From contig CAYQZQ010000001.1 in NCBI GenBank assembly GCA_964422035.1, positions 185,013 through 249,012 on the forward strand: a DNA stretch of 64,000 nucleotides, read 5' to 3'. This stretch comes from an uncultured Pseudomonadales bacterium (GTDB lineage Bacteria; Patescibacteriota; Microgenomatia; UBA1400; Chazhemtobacteraceae). A model generated the notes under the pieces. That model did no database searches. It was not told the origin of the DNA and saw nothing but the letters and a program-made list of their open reading frames with translations. Every line of letters starts with the position of its first letter. Position 1 is the stretch's first letter. Below are positions 48,497-57,716 of the stretch, in pieces. Position numbers and translations under genes: made by a program.

Positions 48497-48820
48497 TTAT
48501 GTGGAAATTTTGGAGACTTCTAGTTCGGTCTGAGGTTGCCTGTGACCCATTCGACGACGATATCTTGATTTAGCTCTAAATCGGAGAATTTTTATCTTAG
48601 GTCCTCTTTTGAGTTCTTTTACTTTGAAAGTAACAGAGACTCCTTTTACATTAGGAGTACCAATTTTAACTTCATCATCATTTGAATATAAAAGGACATC
48701 CTTTACTGTAAGTTGACCACCTTCTTTGCGGTCTACATGTTTGTCAACGGTAATGGTTGAGCCCGGAGTAACTAAGTACTGGTGTCCTGCGAATTGAATG
48801 ACTGCTTGTTGTTTTGCCAT
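48497..48820 (-). CDS. rplU: 50S ribosomal protein L21
   Basis: AVIQFAGHQYLV, IGTP, KSRYRRRMGHRQPQT. Start at ATG 48820. Confidence 0.95.
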   Translation of the reverse strand: MAKQQAVIQFAGHQYLVTPGSTITVDKHVDRKEGGQLTVKDVLLYSNDDEVKIGTPNVKGVSVTFKVKELKRGPKIKILRFRAKSRYRRRMGHRQPQTELEVSKIST

Positions 48821-48860
48821 GAGGCTAATTTTACAAGATTTTAAGTAATAAGGCAAAGAT

Positions 48861-49910
48861 TCAGGTGTTCACCGGACCTCTATAGGCCGAATATACCAAT
48901 CCCAATGAAGCAAATGAGGTAACTAGAGAGCTGCCTCCGTATGATACAAAAGGCAAAGTAATTCCAGTGACCGGCATCAAACCTAAGTTCATACTGATAT
49001 TAATTGCAAACTGAACAAAAATCAACCAGAAAACCCCAAGGACAATCAGTTTTTCAAATTTCTTCAGACGCTCAGCTGCATTCAATAACCAGAATAAAAT
49101 GGCTACAAAAGCTGAAAGCAGCAAAGTAATGCCTACAAAGCCAAATTCTTCTCCAAAAGCTGCGAAGGCAAAGTCTGTGTGTCTTTCAGGTAGAAATTTT
49201 AGTTGTGATTGCGTTCCCTGTCGCACTCCTTTGCCTAAAAACTGGCCCGCACCGATTGCAATGATCGATTGAATAACATTGTAACCACTACCAGAAGGAT
49301 CTGTGTAGGGATTAATAAAACTAAATATACGTAGCTTTTGATAGTCTTGCAGAAACAACCAACCGCTGGGAATTGAAACTAAAATTAATCCTACTAAGGC
49401 CAAAAGTTGTTTTTTACTAGGACCACTGATTAAAAACATACCAAGCCATATCGCAGAAATAATCATAGCAGAGCCCAAGTCAGGTTGAATAAAGACCAAG
49501 AAGACAACGACTGCTAGAATGCCCAGCTGCTTTGCAAGCCACTGAAGGCTTTCTTTTTTGTTAGAGAAAAAGTGAGCAAAGCTAATGATCAACATGGGTT
49601 TGATTATCTCTGAAGTTTGGAGCCGAAATGTGCCTATCTCGATCCAGCGCACTGACCCTCTGGTTATATTGCCTAAAAGTAAAGTGACAAGAAGAAGTAA
49701 AATTGCTCCGACTAAACTGGGGATAGCTAGAATGGGCAGAAATTGAGCAGGAATGCGGGAGATGATTATCATGACAGTTATGCCAATGAAAACAAAAAGT
49801 AGTTGACTTAAAAACAAACTGGGAGTAGTACTCCAAATAGTAGAGAGACCAAAAATCAGAATTAAAATTAGAGGAACAGCCAGTTTTAAGACAAATTCCT
49901 TGTTATTCAT
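48861..49910 (-). CDS. rodA: Rod shape-determining protein RodA (SEDS)
   Basis: RGSVRWI, QTSE, QPDLG, GYNVIQS, FLPERHTDFAF, PVTGITLPFVSYGGSS. Confidence 0.92.
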   Translation of the reverse strand: MNNKEFVLKLAVPLILILIFGLSTIWSTTPSLFLSQLLFVFIGITVMIIISRIPAQFLPILAIPSLVGAILLLLVTLLLGNITRGSVRWIEIGTFRLQTSEIIKPMLIISFAHFFSNKKESLQWLAKQLGILAVVVFLVFIQPDLGSAMIISAIWLGMFLISGPSKKQLLALVGLILVSIPSGWLFLQDYQKLRIFSFINPYTDPSGSGYNVIQSIIAIGAGQFLGKGVRQGTQSQLKFLPERHTDFAFAAFGEEFGFVGITLLLSAFVAILFWLLNAAERLKKFEKLIVLGVFWLIFVQFAINISMNLGLMPVTGITLPFVSYGGSSLVTSFASLGLVYSAYRGPVNT

Positions 49911-49914
49911 TAGT

Positions 49915-52863
49915 TTAGGATTTAATGATCTTTAGCTCATCCCCTTGCTTTATCTCTTTTACTTGAGCTTGTGATTTAATTTCATCTTCAAATTCTTTAG
50001 GCCAATCAGGAAGCTCTATTACGATTTGGGCGTCAAAGTCTGTTTGCGCTTTTTTACGAGCTTTTTGTATTTCACGAATGATTTTTCTTGTTTCACCTTT
50101 TTGTTTTAGTCTTTCTGTGAGTTTGGTATCGAGCTTGACTTTTATTTCACCTGCTTTGCTTATGTTTACTTTTTCGATATTTAGCTCTTCTTTAATTAAT
50201 TGAAGTAGACCATTTTGGTCTTTAAAATGCTCGACAGGACCAAAAACAGATATCTTCGACAGAGGTTGCCTTAAAGGTATGTCTTCTTTTTTTCTGTGGG
50301 CTCTACCCAGCTCAACTATTTCTCTCACAAGTTTCATATCCTCAATTAGTTGCAGCTGCTCTTGATTAAGAGGTTCTGTTTTTGGCCAGTCAGATAGATT
50401 AACGGATTCATAACCTGTCAGGTTTGTGTAGATTTGCTCTGAAACAAATGGCATAAATGGCATAAGTATGCGTGACAGATCGACAAGGACTGAATGCAGG
50501 GTATGATTTGCAGCTTGTTTTTCGGGTGAGTCTTTTACATTGGGTCCAATTTTGCTACGAGAGCGGCGGATGTACCATGTTGAAAGATCTGAAACAAAAG
50601 CTTCGATCGCTTGGCTTGCAGTGAATGCATCAAAGTCATTTAAGCTTTTTTCAGCAATAATTATAGTCTGATCAAGTCTGGTCCTAATCCAATCATCTAA
50701 GGTCGAAGGCTGAATATCGTCTTGAGGTTCCCAGTCTTCAAGAGCGGCATAGTTGGCAAAAAAGCGATATGAGTGCCATAGAATCATTAAAAACTGACGA
50801 CGAATCTCATCAGCTTTCTTGTAACCAAATAGAAGGTTTCTCTGAGGGTTTTGCCTGGCGTATAACCAACGCATAACGTCTACTCCCATTTTGTTTGCCG
50901 CCTCATCAAAGGCTATGGCGTTACCAGCTGACTTGTGCATCTCTTCTCCTTTTTCATCTAAAACTGTTGCGAAGCCTAATACATTCTTAAAAGGATTGGT
51001 GTTTTCAAGAGCGGTGCTCATGGCAATAAGTGAGTAAAACCAGTTTTTAAACTGGCCGGGGAAGGACTCGGTTATATAATCTGCAGGAAACCATTTTTGC
51101 CAGTATTTTTTGTCATCTGTATAACTTAACTGATCTTTGTCTGGATCGGTTAGAGTTGAGAAGGGAACGATACCGGCATCTAGCCAGGGATTGCCCACGT
51201 CTTCGATTCTGGTCATTTGACCACCACAAGAACAAGCGATTTTTACCTGATCTACGTAAGGTTTATGGGGTGTTTTTTCTTCAAATTTTTCCCAACCTTG
51301 CGTGGCTTTTCTTTTTAATTCTTGCTTGCTGCCGATTACCTCAATCTGATCACAGTCATTACATTTCCATATTGGTAAAGAAAGGCCCCAGTAACGATTC
51401 TTTTTTGAGATTAACCAATCACTCATGTTATTTAACCAGTCTAGTTCTCTATCCAGTCCAAACTCCGGTCTCCAGTCAATTTTTTTAGCTACATTGATCA
51501 TCTTTTCTCTCAGGGTGTTAGCGTCGGGATCATTTGGATCTTCTTTGTCCATGGCAATATACCACTCATCAGCTAATTTCCAGATTAATTCTGTCTTACA
51601 GCGCCAACAAGTAGGATAGCGGTGTTTGTATTGGTGAATATTAAATACCCAGTTACTGCCTTTTTGGTCTTCTTCAATCAAATGATCAAGAACAACTTCA
51701 GGATTTTTCTTAGCATTTTTACCAGTTAAGAAACCCAAGCCCTCTTTATAGGTGGCGTCATCGTTGATAACAGGAATTAAGGGGAGGTCTAATTTTTGGC
51801 CTAACTTGTAGTCTTGAGTACCGGCACTCACAGCCGTATGAACCAGACCAGTCCCTTCCTCTGTTGAGATAGGCAATATGCGGGGATCGGTGGCTATGAC
51901 GGTGTGAAACTTGTCTGAACTCTCTTGAACTTTTTTAACAGCTGCCAGATTATCAAAGGGAGCCCGGTACTTTAATCCCACCAATTTTTTACCTTTTTGA
52001 GTCTTGATGATTTTGACATCCTGGTCAAAGATTTCAGCTACCAATTGAGCAGCCAGCCATAGTTGTTTATCTGAATCCGGCTCCTGGACAAGTGTGTATT
52101 CAAGGTTTGGATCAACGGCAACTGAGATATTGGCGGGAATTGTCCAGGGTGTGGTGGTCCAGACTAGTAAGAATTGATTATCTTTGCCTTCTATGGGGAG
52201 GCGAAAGAAGATTGATTTGTGGGTTATATCTTTATAGTTTTCGGTTAAGATTTCGTGTTGAGAGAGAGCTGTCTGGCATCTTGGACACCAAGGGACAGAG
52301 TCTTTACCTTGATATAACCAGCCTTTTTGATGACATGTTTTGAGAAAGTGCCAAATCATGTAGTTGTTTTTTTCTGACATGGTGAAGTAGGAGTTTTCCC
52401 AATCCATTAGGTATCCCAGACGCTTGCTTTGATCGGTCTGGATGTCTGAGTATTTTTTGACTCTGTCTTTACATTTTTGGACAAAGTCAGCTACACCGTA
52501 TTGCTCAATATCTTTTTTGTTTTTAAAGTTTAGCTGCTTTTCTACTTCAACCTCGACCCACAAGCCCTGGCAGTCAAAACCATTTTGAAAACGCTGTTTG
52601 TAGCCTTTCATGTTTTTATAACGCTGCCATAAGTCTTTGTAAGTTCTACCCCAACCGTGGTGAACACCCATAGGGTTATTGGCAGTGATTGGTCCATCCA
52701 AAAAAGAAAATCTTTTTTCAGATTGGTCATTTTTATGCAGATATTTATCGACAACTCCCTCTTGGTACCACTTTTTTAGTATTTTTTTCTCTCGCTTTAC
52801 AAAATCAGGACGGCTGTCAACCGACTGGATTTTATGACCTGACTTAAATTTTGTGTCTGACAT
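49915..52863 (-). CDS. ileS: Isoleucine--tRNA ligase, type 2
   Basis: FLDGPITAN, GVHH in place of HIGH, GFDCQGL, WTTTPWT, GTGLVH, EMHKS in place of KMSKS, WYIRRSR; no C-terminal zinc finger. Confidence 0.96.
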   Translation of the reverse strand: MSDTKFKSGHKIQSVDSRPDFVKREKKILKKWYQEGVVDKYLHKNDQSEKRFSFLDGPITANNPMGVHHGWGRTYKDLWQRYKNMKGYKQRFQNGFDCQGLWVEVEVEKQLNFKNKKDIEQYGVADFVQKCKDRVKKYSDIQTDQSKRLGYLMDWENSYFTMSEKNNYMIWHFLKTCHQKGWLYQGKDSVPWCPRCQTALSQHEILTENYKDITHKSIFFRLPIEGKDNQFLLVWTTTPWTIPANISVAVDPNLEYTLVQEPDSDKQLWLAAQLVAEIFDQDVKIIKTQKGKKLVGLKYRAPFDNLAAVKKVQESSDKFHTVIATDPRILPISTEEGTGLVHTAVSAGTQDYKLGQKLDLPLIPVINDDATYKEGLGFLTGKNAKKNPEVVLDHLIEEDQKGSNWVFNIHQYKHRYPTCWRCKTELIWKLADEWYIAMDKEDPNDPDANTLREKMINVAKKIDWRPEFGLDRELDWLNNMSDWLISKKNRYWGLSLPIWKCNDCDQIEVIGSKQELKRKATQGWEKFEEKTPHKPYVDQVKIACSCGGQMTRIEDVGNPWLDAGIVPFSTLTDPDKDQLSYTDDKKYWQKWFPADYITESFPGQFKNWFYSLIAMSTALENTNPFKNVLGFATVLDEKGEEMHKSAGNAIAFDEAANKMGVDVMRWLYARQNPQRNLLFGYKKADEIRRQFLMILWHSYRFFANYAALEDWEPQDDIQPSTLDDWIRTRLDQTIIIAEKSLNDFDAFTASQAIEAFVSDLSTWYIRRSRSKIGPNVKDSPEKQAANHTLHSVLVDLSRILMPFMPFVSEQIYTNLTGYESVNLSDWPKTEPLNQEQLQLIEDMKLVREIVELGRAHRKKEDIPLRQPLSKISVFGPVEHFKDQNGLLQLIKEELNIEKVNISKAGEIKVKLDTKLTERLKQKGETRKIIREIQKARKKAQTDFDAQIVIELPDWPKEFEDEIKSQAQVKEIKQGDELKIIKS

Positions 52864-52882
52864 AGTTTAAGGATAACAAATT

Positions 52883-53043
52883 AAAAAAAGCACACCACTC
52901 TGGTGTGCTAGATCCCGTTGGAGGGAGGTACCATCTAACTATTTACTTATTTTACCGCTATGACGGGCTTACCCGGAGAGGTCTACTAGTTATTAAAACT
53001 TTCTTCTCTCAACTTCGCTTAGTGATAGCCAAGCTCAGATGTT
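52883..53043 (-). promoter_or_regulatory. T-box riboswitch (Ile, AUC specifier) with intrinsic terminator
   Basis: Stem I GCUUGG-CUAUCA-CUAAGC with GA/GAA base; Stem II with AGUA/GAA S-turn; CGGG-UAAG-CCCGUCA; antiterminator GUUAGA-UGGUACC-UCCC..GGGA-UCUAGC; terminator AGCACACC/GGUGUGCU-U6; TATAAT at 53059-64. Confidence 0.88.
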
Positions 53044-53101
53044 TTTTAAGCTAGTTTGATTATACAAAAAGAACTGTAAGAGAGCAAAAACTAACTTGTG
53101 T

Positions 53102-54331
53102 TTATTTTTTTCTCAAAAACGCGGGAATGTCAAGCTCTGACTCTACCTGAACTTCTGAGTGCTTGTATTTATCGTCTAGGTCCTGAGGTGACTTGTCTTT
53201 GCTTTCTTGCTGTTTATCTTTTGGCTTAGACTTTTTATCTTCTTCAGTGGGCTTTTGCTTATCTTGAGGAGGAGAGGTTTTAGTATCTTGATCTTTTTTA
53301 TCAGGTACATTAAGTTTTTGAGTGGAGAAGGAGGACTGGGAGCGATTAACAAAACCTTGGAGACGTCGACGGGATTCATCAAAGCCGGTAGCGATTACAG
53401 AAATCTTCATATCTCCTTTTTTAAGACTTTCATCGATGTTGGCCCCAAAGATTATATTAGCATCGGCATCGGCGGCTTCAGCAATTATCTGAGCTGCGTT
53501 ATTTACCTCAGTCATAGTAAGATCTGGTCCACCAGTAATATTGAAAAGTATGCCTCTGGCTCCCTCGATTGAAGTTTCTAAAAGTGGAGAGCTGGTGGCA
53601 TCTCTGGCCGCTTCTTGAGCCCTGTTTTCGCCAGATCCGGTACCAGTACCCATCAAGGCTGAACCAGCGTTGTACATAATAGTTCTTACATCTGCAAAGT
53701 CAACGTTAATTAGTCCTGGAACGGTAATTAGATCTGATATGGCTTGGACGCCTTTGGATAGAACTGAGTCGACAATTGAAAAAGCTTCCAGCATGGAAAC
53801 ATCCTTATCAATGATCTCCATAACCTTTTGGTTGGGAATAACAATTAAAGTATCAACCTTATCTTTTAATTGTTCTATCCCCTCTTCTGCTTGTACCATG
53901 CGGCGGGTGCCTTCAAAGACGAATGGTTTGGTTACAACAGCGACGGTTAGAGCTCCTACTTCTCTGGATATTTCAGCAATGATGGGGGCGGCTCCGGTTC
54001 CAGTGCCTCCACCCATACCAGCGGTAATAAAAGTCATGTCTGTATCCACCAAAAGATCTCTTATCTTGTCTCGTGATTCTTCAGCAGCAGAATTGCCAAT
54101 TTCGGGGTCACCACCAGAGCCTAGACCCTGGGTAAGCTCTTCACCAATTTGAAGCTTGGTTTCAGCGTTGTTGCTGAGCATGGCCTGGAGGTCGGTATTT
54201 ACAGCGATAAACTCAACTCCCTTGATATTTCCTTCTCTAATCATGGTATTGACGGCATTACCACCACCACCACCAATACCAAGAACTTTGATCTTGGCGA
54301 ATGAGTTAATGTCTGGTTTAACTAAACCCAT
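53102..54331 (-). CDS. ftsZ: Cell division protein FtsZ
   Basis: GGGGGNAV, GMGGGTGTGAAP, INVDFAD, C-terminal LDIPAFLR. Confidence 0.98.
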   Translation of the reverse strand: MGLVKPDINSFAKIKVLGIGGGGGNAVNTMIREGNIKGVEFIAVNTDLQAMLSNNAETKLQIGEELTQGLGSGGDPEIGNSAAEESRDKIRDLLVDTDMTFITAGMGGGTGTGAAPIIAEISREVGALTVAVVTKPFVFEGTRRMVQAEEGIEQLKDKVDTLIVIPNQKVMEIIDKDVSMLEAFSIVDSVLSKGVQAISDLITVPGLINVDFADVRTIMYNAGSALMGTGTGSGENRAQEAARDATSSPLLETSIEGARGILFNITGGPDLTMTEVNNAAQIIAEAADADANIIFGANIDESLKKGDMKISVIATGFDESRRRLQGFVNRSQSSFSTQKLNVPDKKDQDTKTSPPQDKQKPTEEDKKSKPKDKQQESKDKSPQDLDDKYKHSEVQVESELDIPAFLRKK

Positions 54332-54397
54332 GAGTATTTAAGTAATTGTTGGAGTGATAGTAACAGATTATAGATTTTTTACAAGGAGACTGGTTGT

Positions 54398-55693
54398 CTA
54401 TGGCAGCAGTGATTTTAACCAAGCAAACACTTTATTAAAAGATCCCTTTCCGGGCAGTTTTTTGAAAAATTGACCAAAGTCAGGTGAGATACCACCACCG
54501 GCTGAAGTTTCTTGGGTGGCGCCATAGAGAATCAAGCCTGAAACTGAGGAGTAGGCTGGAGTTTTTATTTCATCGACGAGACCAGACAGACCACTGGGCT
54601 CTCCAATGCGGGCAGGCAACCGGAGAGTGTTTTTGCAACTTTTAAGAACACCTGTTGTTTGAGCACCTCCTCCGGTAATGACAACTCCAGCCGGAGTAGA
54701 ACCAGCAAAACCTGATTTTTCAAGCTCTTGGCCTACAAAATCAAATATTTCGTTTAGACGAGGTCTGATTATCCCCTCTTCGAGAGTTTTCCTTGAGGCG
54801 GTTTTAATGTCTTCGGCAATACCTAGTCTAGATAGATTGATTTCATCTTGAGATCTGGGGGGGGTGTCTTCATGTGGAGTAGCTGTGCGAGGACGAGTTT
54901 TAAGTTCAGTTAAGTGTTTTTTTATCTTTTCTGCTGATTCTAAACTGACCCTTAAGCCAATGGCTAAGTCATTGGTGATGTTTTTGGCTCCAATGGGCAA
55001 AACAGATGAATATGATAAAGCACTGTCGGCGAAAACAGTGATTGAGGTTGTTCCCCCGCCAAGATCTACCAAAACTACACCTAATTCTTTTTCGGTTTCT
55101 GACAGAACTGCCTGAGAAGAAGCCAGGCCTGAGAAAACTAGATCTTCTATATCAATACCCAGGTCTTCTACACATTTAACAAGATTGCGTATCACGGCGG
55201 TGGAACCGGTAATCAAATGAGCTTCTGTCTCCAAACGGACGCCTGTCATCCCCAACGGATCGCGGATATCACCTTGAGAGTCAACTATAAATTCCCTGGG
55301 GATAACGTGAAGAATTTCTCTTGATGAAGGCAAGGATACGGCGCGGGCAGCTTCGATAACTCTGAAGATATCATCTTGAATGATTTCACCTTCCGGATTA
55401 CCAACAGCGACAACTCCTTTTGAGTTTTGTGATTGAACATGTTCACCGCCTACAGCAATAAAAGCAGAGCTGATGGGATAACCAGCCATTCTTTCTGCAG
55501 CTTCGACTGATTCTGTTATAGAAGCTATGGCTGCTTCAATATCAACTACTTGGCTTTTTTTGATTCCCCTACTGGAAACAGAGGAGACTCCGACAACATT
55601 TAAACGGTCACTTTCTTGGGAAGTTGCTGCAATGACTGTGGCTATTTTACTGGAGCCTATATCGACGGCAGCGGTTAATTTTGGGCGAGGCAT
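54398..55693 (-). CDS. ftsA: Cell division protein FtsA
   Basis: DIGSSK, AERMAG, PLGMTGVRLE, DLGGGTT, AEKIK, ITGGGA. Confidence 0.96.
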   Translation of the reverse strand: MPRPKLTAAVDIGSSKIATVIAATSQESDRLNVVGVSSVSSRGIKKSQVVDIEAAIASITESVEAAERMAGYPISSAFIAVGGEHVQSQNSKGVVAVGNPEGEIIQDDIFRVIEAARAVSLPSSREILHVIPREFIVDSQGDIRDPLGMTGVRLETEAHLITGSTAVIRNLVKCVEDLGIDIEDLVFSGLASSQAVLSETEKELGVVLVDLGGGTTSITVFADSALSYSSVLPIGAKNITNDLAIGLRVSLESAEKIKKHLTELKTRPRTATPHEDTPPRSQDEINLSRLGIAEDIKTASRKTLEEGIIRPRLNEIFDFVGQELEKSGFAGSTPAGVVITGGGAQTTGVLKSCKNTLRLPARIGEPSGLSGLVDEIKTPAYSSVSGLILYGATQETSAGGGISPDFGQFFKKLPGKGSFNKVFAWLKSLLP

Positions 55694-55720
55694 ATTAAAA
55701 TTTGAACCTTTGTAGATTAT

Positions 55721-56629
55721 TTAGTAATCAGATACGACTGGTTGATTGAACCTTAGATCTATTATAACCCGATTAAGATTGATTGTAGACTGGGAACGGA
55801 TTTGTTGTAAAGTGGCGACTATCTGTCCGGGCTGATCATTGAGTGGCAGTTTGGTGTAAAGACTCGGAGTTATGAAAAGAACAGTATGATCATCAAATAA
55901 CCAAAACACTTTGGGGGTAATACCACTTAAGATAAGTTCCTGATAAAGACGATAGAATGACTTAAGCAGAGTATGATCCGAAGTACTTGAAAGTAAGTAA
56001 GCTTTTGGTTTGTCTGACTCTGAAGCAGCAATAAGACTGCCGGTTGAGGTTAATATCTTAACTTGAGGTTGAGCAGACTGTATTGCCTGCCTTTGCTTGA
56101 TGACTTGAGGAGTAGATGCAGGAGAAGGTGTAGCTGAGGAAGTGGCTTGAGCTGAGACAGTCGAGTTTGGACTGTCTGTTGAAACTTGAGTGGGAGTAGC
56201 AGTGGCGGTGGCGGTGGGAGGAGGAGTGGAAGAGTGGTAACTGATTATGCCTATAGGCAGGGTGTTTTCTTGAGAGTGTAGTTTGACTTGCAGATGATTG
56301 GGAAACTTGGATATTACTTGTGCAGAAGCTAGAAGTTGGTCTTGATTTAATAATTTCTCTTCTATCTTGGTGGGCTTTAGTAAAAGCAGATGACTAGATT
56401 TGTATTGATTGAGTGTTTGCAGGTGAATATCTTGACATGCTTTTTGATCTAACTGGCAAGATATGGTGTCGATTTTTAGAAAATCAGAGAATGACAACCA
56501 AGCAACAAAGACCAGTATCAATATGATGATAAAAATCTTCAGGGTAAGTTTTAGGTTCTGGCGAAGTTTTCTTTTTCTTGCTTTGGGAGGAAGCTTGCGT
56601 CTGCGTCTTTTATTTTTCCGTTTTCTCAT
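55721..56629 (-). CDS. ftsQ: FtsQ/DivIB-like protein with a Ser/Thr/Pro-rich insertion
   Basis: Between murG and ftsA; basic N-tail, one TM, POTRA-like KFPNHLQV, C-terminal IDLRFNQPVV. Confidence 0.75.
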   Translation of the reverse strand: MRKRKNKRRRRKLPPKARKRKLRQNLKLTLKIFIIILILVFVAWLSFSDFLKIDTISCQLDQKACQDIHLQTLNQYKSSHLLLLKPTKIEEKLLNQDQLLASAQVISKFPNHLQVKLHSQENTLPIGIISYHSSTPPPTATATATPTQVSTDSPNSTVSAQATSSATPSPASTPQVIKQRQAIQSAQPQVKILTSTGSLIAASESDKPKAYLLSSTSDHTLLKSFYRLYQELILSGITPKVFWLFDDHTVLFITPSLYTKLPLNDQPGQIVATLQQIRSQSTINLNRVIIDLRFNQPVVSDY

Positions 56630-57701
56630 TTAGATAAGGTTGTAGTTGTTGAAATATCTGCTCGGTAGCGTCGGTTATCACAGATGAAGATTTTCTCTTC
56701 TTAGGCTTTAATTTCATACCTTTATCGATTGCCTGCTTTAGGGTTTTGGAAGTTAATCTATTTTGAGGAAGAATTATGGCAGTGCCTAACTGCTTGAGAA
56801 GTTGAGCGTTTTTAGCCTGCTCATTATGAGAAGCCCAGGGGATAGGGATGGTTACAGTTGGTTTATTTAGATAAAGTAGTTCATAAATTGTATGTGCACC
56901 AGAGCGAGAGACAACCAGCTTGGCTGTTTTTAAGTATCTAGTTGCTTCGATAGGAAAGAAATATTCTTTATGTTGATAGCGAGAACGGAGACTTGATGGT
57001 AGAGACTGCTTTAGACGTCTGGCTTTATCTTTATCATTGGTAACCGAGGAGCTGCCTGTCTGGTGAACTACTTGATATTCCTTCACTAACTGGGGAATTA
57101 TAGGGAAAAGGGCTTGGTTAATGGTGTGGCTACCCTGCTTGCCGCAGGTGATGTATATAAGAGGAGGGTCTGGTTCTTGGTACTGTTTGTCTTCTAGAAT
57201 CTCAGGCCTTAAGGGCAGACCTGTTACTACCGATTTTTTAGACGGATAGTTTTCAATAGCTTCTTTGTGAGTTAGGAAAATTTTTTTAACAAAGGGGCTG
57301 ATGGCCTTGTTTGCCCAACCGGCAGTGACTGTCTGCTCATGAGTTACAGAAGGTATTTTTAAAGCTGCACCAGTAATAACAACAGGGACAGATAAATAAC
57401 CTCCAAAGGAAACTATTAAGTCAGGCTTTATGCGCAAAAGATATGTTAGAGCTTGAATAAAGCCTAAGGCAATCTTTAGATACTCTAAAGGATTGTATAT
57501 ATTGTAAAACTTGCCTGTTTTTAGCTCATAGAAAGGAATATCCTGGTTGGTGACTTCCTGATATTCGGCTGACAGAGACTTATCACCACTCATGGTGAAT
57601 TTGTGCCCTATCCAATGGACTTGGTGGCCTTGTTTTTTTATTTTTTTGGCCACTTCTAAAGCCGAGTTATGATGGCCACCGGTGAAAACAATTTTACTCA
57701 T
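56610..57701 (-). CDS. murG: UDP-GlcNAc:lipid I GlcNAc transferase
   Basis: TGGHH, FGGYLSVP, HEQT, TGLPLR, GKQGS, SRSGAHT, HNEQAKNA. Confidence 0.93.
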   Translation of the reverse strand: MSKIVFTGGHHNSALEVAKKIKKQGHQVHWIGHKFTMSGDKSLSAEYQEVTNQDIPFYELKTGKFYNIYNPLEYLKIALGFIQALTYLLRIKPDLIVSFGGYLSVPVVITGAALKIPSVTHEQTVTAGWANKAISPFVKKIFLTHKEAIENYPSKKSVVTGLPLRPEILEDKQYQEPDPPLIYITCGKQGSHTINQALFPIIPQLVKEYQVVHQTGSSSVTNDKDKARRLKQSLPSSLRSRYQHKEYFFPIEATRYLKTAKLVVSRSGAHTIYELLYLNKPTVTIPIPWASHNEQAKNAQLLKQLGTAIILPQNRLTSKTLKQAIDKGMKLKPKKRKSSSVITDATEQIFQQLQPYLNEKTEK

Positions 57702-57716
57702 AAGTATGTATATAGT

